The position numbers and the translations under genes are program-made. A DNA stretch of 64,000 nucleotides, taken from an uncultured Christensenellaceae bacterium (GTDB taxonomy: Bacteria; Bacillota; Clostridia; Christensenellales; CAG-314). Below, in pieces: positions 57,054-64,000 of the stretch (positions are counted from its first letter, which is position 1; each line of letters begins with the position of its first letter). The notes beneath the pieces are model-generated. The model saw only the letters and a list, made by a program, of their open reading frames with translations, did not search any database and was not told the DNA's origin. The DNA is taken from contig CAJUIZ010000003.1 of the NCBI GenBank assembly GCA_910586625.1, positions 55,254 through 119,253 on the forward strand. The letters run 5' to 3'.

Positions 57054-57740
57054 TTATTCTCCTTTTATTGAGGGGTCTTGTATTCCGTTAGCTTCGAATG
57101 CCGCGGCGCGGTCGCGGCAGGTAGCGCATACGCCGCAAGGTTTTACTCCGCCAGAATAGCAGCTCCATGTATATTTGTACGGCACACCGAGCTCAAGCCC
57201 CTTTTTTACAACCTGCGATTTGTTTGAATTTACAAAAGGCGCGAGAATTCTAAGCTGTTCGCCGCTGCCCGTATAAATAGCTTCACCCATCGCAAAATTA
57301 AACTTTTCACTGCAATCGGGATAGGCGTTGCCCGTAGCATCGTCGCCGTGCGCGCCGTAATAAATAATCTCGCACCCGTGCGACAGCGCCACGCTTGCCG
57401 CCGCCGAAAGAAACAGCCCGTTGCGGAAAGGTACGTAGGTTGAAACGGGTTTGCCGTCCGTTACGGATAACTGTTCGGCATAACTTTGCAAGGGTATATC
57501 ATTGTGCGACTTCGCCAAGAGCGAACAGTCCGAGCCTTCGAATATAACCGAAAGGTCAATCCGCTTCAAAACAACACCGTAATAGTCGGCAACTTTTTGC
57601 GCGGCGTCGAGTTCTTTACTGTGAGTTTGACCGTAGTAAACGGAAAGGGCAAAAACTTCCGCCGCGCCGTATTTTTGAACCGCCAGTCCGAGACAGGTAG
57701 CGCTGTCTACACCGCCGCTTAATAAAACGAGTGCTTTCAT
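57054..57740 (-). CDS. queC: 7-cyano-7-deazaguanine synthase
   Basis: [10 protein letters not shown]-loop and a C-terminal CGVCATC zinc cluster. Start ATG 57740 overlaps the folE stop. I rejected the track's 109-aa N-terminal extension. Confidence 0.9.
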   Translation of the reverse strand: MKALVLLSGGVDSATCLGLAVQKYGAAEVFALSVYYGQTHSKELDAAQKVADYYGVVLKRIDLSVIFEGSDCSLLAKSHNDIPLQSYAEQLSVTDGKPVSTYVPFRNGLFLSAAASVALSHGCEIIYYGAHGDDATGNAYPDCSEKFNFAMGEAIYTGSGEQLRILAPFVNSNKSQVVKKGLELGVPYKYTWSCYSGGVKPCGVCATCRDRAAAFEANGIQDPSIKGE

Positions 57741-58309
57741 ACCCTGTCCCCCAAAAGATTTTGCAGAGAAACGTTGTCTTTGAATGCGCCGAAGTAAGTT
57801 TTGGTAACCGTTTTTGACGACGTGTTTTTTATTCCGCGCGAAGTCATACAGCTGTGGCAGCCTTCTATCCTTACGCCTACGTCGGGCGATAAAGCCGCAA
57901 GCGAAATTATTTCGGCAATGTCCCGTCCCAAACGCTCCTGCAATTGAAGCCGCTTTGCCGCCATATCGCAGATGCGCGCGATTTTGCTCAATCCAAGAAC
58001 TTTTCCGCGCGGAACGTAAGCCACATCTACCTTCATATCGTACATAAGCGCCATATGATGCTCGCAATAGCTGAACACGCTTACGTCCTTTATGACCACT
58101 GCTCCGCCGGAATTCGGGTCGGACGGAACTTCGAACGTTTTTCCGAACATTTCCGCAATCTCGCGGTTGGTGTATTTTATTCCTTCAAACGCCTCTTCGT
58201 ACATTCGCGCAACTCGGGCGGGCGTTTCGCGCAGACCTTCCCTGTCGGGGTCTTCGCCTATGGCGACCAATAATCCGCGGATATGTTTTTCTATTTCTTT
58301 AATATCCAT
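57737..58309 (-). CDS. folE: GTP cyclohydrolase I
   Basis: REGLRETPARV and CEHHM motifs. Confidence 0.9.
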   Translation of the reverse strand: MDIKEIEKHIRGLLVAIGEDPDREGLRETPARVARMYEEAFEGIKYTNREIAEMFGKTFEVPSDPNSGGAVVIKDVSVFSYCEHHMALMYDMKVDVAYVPRGKVLGLSKIARICDMAAKRLQLQERLGRDIAEIISLAALSPDVGVRIEGCHSCMTSRGIKNTSSKTVTKTYFGAFKDNVSLQNLLGDRV

Positions 58310-58316
58310 ACTTCTC

Positions 58317-58988
58317 CTATACCCCGCGCTTATCGGGTTTCCAGATGATTTTATGCAACTGTAATTGCAGGCGTACGCCGTTAAGCTTACGCTCTTTCAT
58401 AAACTCCGCTATTTCTTCGGGATTGATTTTTCCAAACACCGGGCTAAAATAAACGCGGCACCTGTCTGTGAGTCCGTACACCTTTATAATCTCTTCCGCA
58501 CGCGCCAAATCGCGCATATCTCCAACCACGAACTTGACCGCATCTCGCAACGTAAGGTAAGAAAAGTTTTCGGTCAGCATATACTTTTCCATTCCGCTTG
58601 ACGGAAGTTTATAATCGGCGGTAACGGCGGGACGGGGCGAAATGGAAAGGATATCTTTCAACGGCACGCTTCCATTGGTCTCTATTTCGACTTCTGCGCC
58701 CGACGCGCCCAGTAATTCTATTAGACACGCTATATCCGCCTGCAAAAGCGGTTCGCCGCCTGTTAAGGTAACGTTTTTTACTCCCGTAGATTTCACGTAT
58801 TCAACAAGATCTTCCACAGAAGCAAGCTCATATTTTACATCGTCGGTATTCGCCCAACGCGTATCGCAGTAGCCGCAATTTAGATTGCAGCCGCAAAAAC
58901 GCAGGAACACGGCAAGTTCACCGGCGCGCGGACCTTCGCCGTTTATACTTATAAACTTTTCGGCAACTTTACAATACATATTATTCAC
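58317..58988 (-). CDS. queE: 7-carboxy-7-deazaguanine synthase (radical SAM)
   Basis: FLRFCGCNLNCGYCDT cluster motif. Confidence 0.9.
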   Translation of the reverse strand: MNNMYCKVAEKFISINGEGPRAGELAVFLRFCGCNLNCGYCDTRWANTDDVKYELASVEDLVEYVKSTGVKNVTLTGGEPLLQADIACLIELLGASGAEVEIETNGSVPLKDILSISPRPAVTADYKLPSSGMEKYMLTENFSYLTLRDAVKFVVGDMRDLARAEEIIKVYGLTDRCRVYFSPVFGKINPEEIAEFMKERKLNGVRLQLQLHKIIWKPDKRGV

Positions 58989-59400
58989 CGTACACTGCGC
59001 AGTTTTCGGGCGACTCGTAAACTTTTACGCAGGAAACGGGCAAGCCCTTGCTGCATAGATCGGCATATATGCGCGCGGCGAAGTTTTCGGCAGTGGGTCT
59101 GAAATCCGTTTCAACCAATAAAAACCCTTCTTCTTTAAGCGCGGCAATAGTCGTAGGTTTAAGGGTGTGTTTTTCATAAATAAGCTTATGGTCAAAGCCT
59201 TCTGCGAGCTCTTTTACTGCACGCTTAAAATCGCCGAAGTCCAAAAGCATACCGCGCTTTTCGCCGCTTCCCTGCAATTCACCGCCGCTTATCTTCACCT
59301 CCACAACCCAGTGGTGACCGTGGATATTTGCGCACTTACCGTTATATCCGTAAAGAAAGTGCGCGCTGTCAAAACAAGCCGAAGTTTCTAAATAATACAT
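58981..59400 (-). CDS. queD: 6-carboxy-5,6,7,8-tetrahydropterin synthase
   Basis: Contains CANIHGHHW. Start ATG 59400 has an AGGGAGAG RBS. Confidence 0.9.
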   Translation of the reverse strand: MYYLETSACFDSAHFLYGYNGKCANIHGHHWVVEVKISGGELQGSGEKRGMLLDFGDFKRAVKELAEGFDHKLIYEKHTLKPTTIAALKEEGFLLVETDFRPTAENFAARIYADLCSKGLPVSCVKVYESPENCAVYGE

Positions 59401-59414
59401 ATCTCTCCCTTTGC

Positions 59415-59445
59415 AAAAAAAATACAGTCGCGACAAAACGACTGC
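59415..59445 (-). terminator. leader terminator (putative riboswitch expression platform)
   Basis: On the minus strand: CAGTCG-ttttgtcg-CGACTG followed by TATTTTTTTT, 15 nt upstream of the queD RBS. Confidence 0.6.
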
Positions 59446-59474
59446 ACCTTAGAAGATTATTTTCCATTCTAATG

Positions 59475-59517
59475 CCCTGGTTTTGTTTAACGACAGGATG
59501 GTGCAAACGAACTGTCC
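59475..59517 (-). ncRNA. putative preQ1-I riboswitch aptamer
   Basis: On the minus strand: GACAG-TTCGTTTGCACCATC-CTGTC-GTTAAACAAAACCAGGG. This gives a 5-bp P1 plus an A-rich tail, similar to known preQ1-I tails such as UUAACAAAACAAGG. The loop is longer than in the textbook examples. It sits upstream of the que operon. Confidence 0.5.
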
Positions 59518-59531
59518 GTTTAATTAGATAT

Positions 59532-59560
59532 ATAATACCACGCCTCAATGCTTATGTCAA
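59532..59560 (-). promoter_or_regulatory. sigma-70 promoter of the que operon
   Basis: On the minus strand: TTGACA, 17 nt, TATTAT, preceded by TGG (extended -10-like). Confidence 0.6.
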
Positions 59561-59725
59561 CTTAATCGAAATGCTTACGAGCCGCATATTTTCAAAATGG
59601 CAACAAAAAATCCCTCGCTTATATGCCACGGGAAAATTTAGACGGTTTAGTAGGCTGCTTTTTATTCACCGCTAACTTTGCCTTAAAAAGAATTGTCAAT
59701 GTATTTTTTTACGACAAAGCCGTTC

Positions 59726-60154
59726 TTAACCAATCAATACGCATTTCCACGCGCCGAAATCCGGAATACGGCGCTCGGACACGAAATTTTCGAAAATACG
59801 GCGAACTTCCGCCATATCTTGCGTTTCGTAAAAATACAAACGCGATTTGCCGTCGGTATCGTAATGCGCGGCGCACAATGAAAAGCATTGCTTCTTGACG
59901 CTGCGCGAAAACAGCCCGAACTTGATTTCGTGATATACCGAAAGCTCCGCAACGCCGTCGATTTCGGGCAAAGCGTTTACTATTATATCGGCGCGCAGCT
60001 TTATTCTGTCGTTGTACGCCGATTCCAACGACGAAAAAGGTTTTTCCAGCGCGTCAAAGGACATTAGCGGCTCGTTAAACCGTTTTACTTCGTATTCGTC
60101 CAAAACGTCTATACCTATAGCTTTCAATCTGTAATACAGCTCCGCTTCTTTCAT
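59726..60154 (-). CDS. hypothetical protein (142 aa)
   Basis: GGGGG RBS and protein-like composition. No family recognised. Confidence 0.55.
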   Translation of the reverse strand: MKEAELYYRLKAIGIDVLDEYEVKRFNEPLMSFDALEKPFSSLESAYNDRIKLRADIIVNALPEIDGVAELSVYHEIKFGLFSRSVKKQCFSLCAAHYDTDGKSRLYFYETQDMAEVRRIFENFVSERRIPDFGAWKCVLIG

Positions 60155-60371
60155 AATGCCCCCGTAAACGTTTTATAAATTATACAACCGTACACCTTCA
60201 TTGTCAAGAAACCGCGCGCTTTTACTTTACTGACGTATAATTTTATAATTATTATTTCATTTTTTATAATATCGGGTGTAAAACGGTTGAATATACGGTG
60301 AAAAAGGGTTATAATAATTAGCGATTATATAAAAAAATCAAATTATTATAATATATCACGGGGAACATATT

Positions 60372-62507
60372 ATGCAGGAAATCGTAAAAAGACTAAACGA
60401 CGTAAAAAAGCGGCGCGGATACACGCTTAGAATGCTTGCGGAAAAAAGCGGGCTTACGCTCGGCACGGTAAACAAAATAATGAGCGGCGAGCTGCAAAGA
60501 ATCAAACCCGAAAAGCTTTCCAAGCTTGCCGAAGCCCTTAACGTTACGATAGACTACCTTGTAAACGGCGAAGCGGACGGCGTTAGCGCACAGGCATACA
60601 GCTACGGGTTAGTGAAAATTGCCTGTATTTCCCCAAACGTCCGCGTAGCAGACGTCGGCTACAACGTGCGGCAGATTATCAAACATGCAAAGCGCGCCGC
60701 GGCAAACGGCGTAAAAATAGCGTTATTCCCCGAGCTGTGCATAACTGCGTACACCTGCGGCGACTTGTTTTTTAACGAAACGCTCAGACGCGCGGCATTA
60801 GACGGACTTAGAACACTGCGCGGCGAGCTTAAAGCGTTGGATATCGTCTGCATTGTGGGCTTGCCGATTTGCGACGACTCCGGACGGCTGTACAACGCCG
60901 CGGCGGTACTGTTCCGCGGAGAAGTACTGGGCATAGTACCAAAGGTAAATCTGCCCAACTACAACGAATTTATGGAAAAACGGCTGTTCGCGCCCTTCGA
61001 CGGAGTATCGCGCACCATCACATTGTTCGGCAAGCAAACGCCGTTTGCCAGCAAGCTGATATTTACGGATACTCTCTGCCCGGAGCTGCGGTTTGCCGTG
61101 GAAATATGCGAAGACGTGTGGGTTGCCGATTCGCCGTCCGTTTCGCACTCCTTTGCGGGGGCTAACGCCGTATTCAACCTGTCGGCAAGCAACGAAACGA
61201 TTGTCAAAAGCGACTACCGCAAAAAAATGATAGAAATACAGTCCGCCACTTGCGGAGTCGTGTACGCGTACTGCTCGGCGGGACCGTCGGAATCCACTTC
61301 GCAAACGGTGTTTTCCGCACACAATATAATATGCGAAAACGGCGAAGTATTAGCGGAAGCCGCGCCCTTTACTACGGGCTACGCCGAAGCGGAAGCGGAC
61401 TTGGGCTACATTGCCAACGAACGCGCGCGGTTAGACCGCTCCGAAAACGGGCAGGGCTACGCGTACGTTAACTTCGAGCTGCCCCTAAACGGAATCGTGC
61501 GGCGAGTATACTCTCCGCGCCCCTTTGTGCCTGCTAATAAAGCTCGGCGCAATACCGTGTGCGAGCGCGCCCTTACGATACTTGCCTACGGGCTGAAAAA
61601 GCGCATAGAGCATACCCGCGCGGACAAGCTTGTAATAGGCGTATCGGGCGGGTCGGACAGCACGCTTGCACTGCTTGTGTGCAAACGGGCGTTGGATCTA
61701 TTAAAACGCCCGATATCGGACATAACAGCCGTTACAATGCCCTGCTTCGGCACAAGCGAACGCACCCTTGCCAATTCCGTCGCGCTTGCCCAAGCAATCG
61801 GCGCGACGGTTAAAAAAATAGATATCTCCGCAACCGTAACGCGGCACTTGAAGGATATTAACCACGACATAACGGACACAAACGTCACCTACGAAAACGC
61901 CCAAGCGCGCGAACGCACGCAAGTATTGATGGACTTGGCAAACGACGTGAACGGGCTTGTTATCGGCACGGGGGACGCTTCGGAAGCGGCGCTCGGATGG
62001 GCTACCTACAACGGCGACCATATGTCTATGTACGCCGTAAACGCGTCCGTTCCCAAAACGTTGGTGTTGGCAATCATCGCTTACCAAGCGGAGCTGAGCC
62101 AAGGCGAATTGAAGCGCGTGTTACAGGACGTGCTGGATACGCCCATAAGCCCCGAGCTGCTGCCGCCGACTTCCGACGGGCAAATACTGCAAAAAAGCGA
62201 AAACGCGATAGGTCCGTACGAGCTGCACGACTACTTTCTGTTTATGCTGATACGCAAGGGCTTTACGCCGAGCAAAGTATACGCGTTGGCAAAGATTTCC
62301 TTTGCCGATAAATACGACGACGAAACAATCTACAAATGGCTGCAAACGTTTATACGGCGGTTCTTCTCGCAGCAGTTCAAGCGCGGCTGTTCGCCGGACG
62401 GAGTGCGGCTCGGCTCGGTAGATTTGAGCAAATACGGGCTTCGTATGCCTTCGGACGCGTGCGCGGACGCGTGGCTTGCCGACCTTGAAATGGTAAAGCC
62501 GCAATAA
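60372..62507 (+). CDS. nadE: glutamine-dependent NAD(+) synthetase with an N-terminal XRE-type HTH domain
   Basis: aa 1-65 read YTLRMLAEKSGLTLGTVNKIMSGE...LSKLAEALNVTIDYLV, a Cro/C1 HTH. From about aa 76 there is a CN-hydrolase domain (LFPELCITAYTCGD). The ATP-PPase motif is GVSGGSDS. One uninterrupted frame of 711 aa. Confidence 0.85.
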   Translation: MQEIVKRLNDVKKRRGYTLRMLAEKSGLTLGTVNKIMSGELQRIKPEKLSKLAEALNVTIDYLVNGEADGVSAQAYSYGLVKIACISPNVRVADVGYNVRQIIKHAKRAAANGVKIALFPELCITAYTCGDLFFNETLRRAALDGLRTLRGELKALDIVCIVGLPICDDSGRLYNAAAVLFRGEVLGIVPKVNLPNYNEFMEKRLFAPFDGVSRTITLFGKQTPFASKLIFTDTLCPELRFAVEICEDVWVADSPSVSHSFAGANAVFNLSASNETIVKSDYRKKMIEIQSATCGVVYAYCSAGPSESTSQTVFSAHNIICENGEVLAEAAPFTTGYAEAEADLGYIANERARLDRSENGQGYAYVNFELPLNGIVRRVYSPRPFVPANKARRNTVCERALTILAYGLKKRIEHTRADKLVIGVSGGSDSTLALLVCKRALDLLKRPISDITAVTMPCFGTSERTLANSVALAQAIGATVKKIDISATVTRHLKDINHDITDTNVTYENAQARERTQVLMDLANDVNGLVIGTGDASEAALGWATYNGDHMSMYAVNASVPKTLVLAIIAYQAELSQGELKRVLQDVLDTPISPELLPPTSDGQILQKSENAIGPYELHDYFLFMLIRKGFTPSKVYALAKISFADKYDDETIYKWLQTFIRRFFSQQFKRGCSPDGVRLGSVDLSKYGLRMPSDACADAWLADLEMVKPQ

Positions 62508-62525
62508 AACAAGGGTGAACGACTT

Positions 62526-63197
62526 ATGCGAATGAGATTGAAAAAGCATCTTGACGAGCGTATTCTGCACGTCAACGACATATTGCTTGCGCGCGAAGGG
62601 GACGACTTCTACAAGCTGACGGACGAAGAAAAAAACTTTGTAAAAACCGTTAGCGAAATATTCGGAAACGGCAACGATTTGTACTTGGAGTTAGGCTGCG
62701 GCAAGGGGGCTTTCGCCATTGCGTCCGCTACGCAACACCCCGAGCGCAATTATATAGCCGTGGAAAAGCTTAGCAACGTGATAGTCGTCGCCTGCGAAAA
62801 CGCAGTTAAAGCCAACCTGCCCAATTTGCGCTTTATCAACTGCCGAGCGGAAAATATGCTGTGCTACCTGCCCGAGCACAGCGTAAAGCAGATTATACTG
62901 AACTTCTCCTGCCCATTCCCCAAGAAAACCTACGCCAACCGCCGCCTTACCAGCAAAAACTACTTGGAACTGTACAAGCGGCTGCTTGTGAAAGACGGCA
63001 TAATATCGCAGAAAACGGACAACTTGGACTTCTTCGAGTGGTCGATTGAAAGCTTTGCGCAAAACGGCTTCGAAACGTTTGACGTAACGTACGACCTACC
63101 CGCCGACGCGCCCGACAACGTTGTTACGGAATACGAAGCCAAGTTCCGAATGCAGTATCAGAAAATTTACGCTCTTAGAGCGCGCGTAGCAAGGTAG
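62526..63197 (+). CDS. trmB: tRNA (guanine46-N7)-methyltransferase
   Basis: LELGCGKG SAM motif; NFSCPFPKK and YEAKF blocks. Confidence 0.85.
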   Translation: MRMRLKKHLDERILHVNDILLAREGDDFYKLTDEEKNFVKTVSEIFGNGNDLYLELGCGKGAFAIASATQHPERNYIAVEKLSNVIVVACENAVKANLPNLRFINCRAENMLCYLPEHSVKQIILNFSCPFPKKTYANRRLTSKNYLELYKRLLVKDGIISQKTDNLDFFEWSIESFAQNGFETFDVTYDLPADAPDNVVTEYEAKFRMQYQKIYALRARVAR

Positions 63198-63221
63198 TAT
63201 TGCCGTGAAGCGGCAAACGCG

Positions 63222-63482
63222 TTACGATTCGAGCTCGTACACCACGTATTCGCCCACAATATCGCCCGCGTCCGTCGGCAAACCGATTTTGCCGTAGACG
63301 TAATTGCGTAAATCGTGAAACCTGCGGAAAAACTCTTCGTCGTTTACCGCGCTGACAAACTCAATCAAATCAAGATAATACGCTACAAAATGCCACATTG
63401 CGCTGACTTTTACGGTGGTTACAGACTGGTTCGATTTATCTTTGTTTTTGTTTGCTGACGGTGTTTTATCATAGTTTTTCAT
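63222..63482 (-). CDS. hypothetical protein (86 aa)
   Basis: AAAGGAA RBS. No family recognised. Confidence 0.45.
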   Translation of the reverse strand: MKNYDKTPSANKNKDKSNQSVTTVKVSAMWHFVAYYLDLIEFVSAVNDEEFFRRFHDLRNYVYGKIGLPTDAGDIVGEYVVYELES

Positions 63483-63631
63483 AAAAATTAATTCCTTTAC
63501 CTGTCGGGTTTATGTTGTATTTTAGTATAGCGGACAGAAAAAAACTTAATATTTGCCCGATAGGCAACGAAAAAGTTTTATATTAGGTACTTCGGGAGAA
63601 ATATATGAATTATAGTGCGACTATCGTCTGG

Positions 63632-63666
63632 ATTTCTCCGTTCGCTTCGCTCAGTCGAAATGACAT
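63632..63666 (+). repeat. solo M1 hairpin module
   Basis: ATTTCTCCGTTCGCTTCGCTCAGTCGAAATGACAT matches the M1 consensus TTCTCC...GTCGAAATGAC. Confidence 0.7.
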
Positions 63667-63794
63667 AATAAAATCGAGTCAAAACAAAATATATAAAATT
63701 AAGTATCGCTTTGAATAAAAAATTATCACGCCTGCGGGGCGTAAATTGAGTTTTATTTTTTCTTTTGGTGTAAAATAGTTACACAAGTTTAACT

Positions 63795-64000
63795 ATGATA
63801 ACACAGAAAAAAATTCAGCAAAAACTAATAGACTACTTAAAACACAGCGGAATGACACAAACCGAATTGGCGCACCGTTTAGGCGTAAGTTCGGGAACGG
63901 TTTCACACTATGTAATCGGTGACAAAATGCCTGAATTAGATACGCTTGCAAACCTGTGCGCGATAATAGACGCCGACGCTAACGACATACTGTGCGTAGA
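63795..64000 (+). CDS. XRE family HTH regulator, N-terminal part (runs off the window end)
   Basis: From ATG 63795 the frame reads MITQKKIQQKLIDYLKHSGMTQTELAHRLGVSSGTVSHYVIGDKMPELDTLANLCAIIDADANDIL. Absent from the ORF track because it is open-ended. Confidence 0.7.
   Translation, partial: MITQKKIQQKLIDYLKHSGMTQTELAHRLGVSSGTVSHYVIGDKMPELDTLANLCAIIDADANDILCV

Noticed and set aside
63605-63718. 37-aa ORF MNYSATIVWISPFASLSRNDIIKSSQNKIYKIKYRFE with a GGGAGA RBS
   Set aside because: The RBS spacing is good, but half of the peptide is simply the M1 module translated. I cannot support it without conservation or ribosome-profiling data. It is worth checking only if the modules prove to be translated elsewhere.

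Overview
Chromosomal window from a Gram-positive, Clostridia-like bacterium. The lineage is inferred only from gene content: a DUF4364 protein, a YhcN/YlaJ-like lipoprotein, greA-lysS, a Bacillus-type manA, lipobox lipoproteins and AGGAG-type ribosome binding sites. I call about 55 protein genes, mostly on the minus strand. Housekeeping genes are a cysE fragment, deoC, pepF, hisS, pgi, lysS, greA, trmB, nadE and a queD-queE-folE-queC-queF operon with a preQ1-like leader. The largest block (30.6-47.2 kb) is a LacI-associated glycan-utilisation locus. It holds a sugar ABC importer, two GH30 enzymes, an unknown lipoprotein and a 1893-aa lipoprotein with two LamG+SGNH esterase units. There are four tRNA genes, Leu-AAG, Leu-CAA, Arg-CCG and Gly-CCC, plus one disrupted tRNA-Leu copy. 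The strongest signal not explained by genes is a dispersed family of modular hairpin repeats. It consists of AATGCGY heptad arrays with a conserved hairpin and three hairpin module types whose stems change by compensatory substitutions. These fill most long intergenic regions, abut three of the four tRNA genes, interrupt a tRNA-Leu copy and lie inside a 30-bp duplication of the tRNA-Arg 3' end. A solitary 98-aa GIY-YIG nuclease gene is bracketed by inverted copies of a similar hairpin motif. Other items to check are an A34 (AAG) tRNA-Leu, an XRE-HTH fused to NAD synthetase, a G9 tract inside the giant lipoprotein gene and a small tRNA-flanked islet with a TIR-like gene and a frameshifted gene. 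I found no CRISPR array, rRNA, transposase, integrase or prophage. All calls rest on reading the sequence and recalled family motifs; no database search was run.
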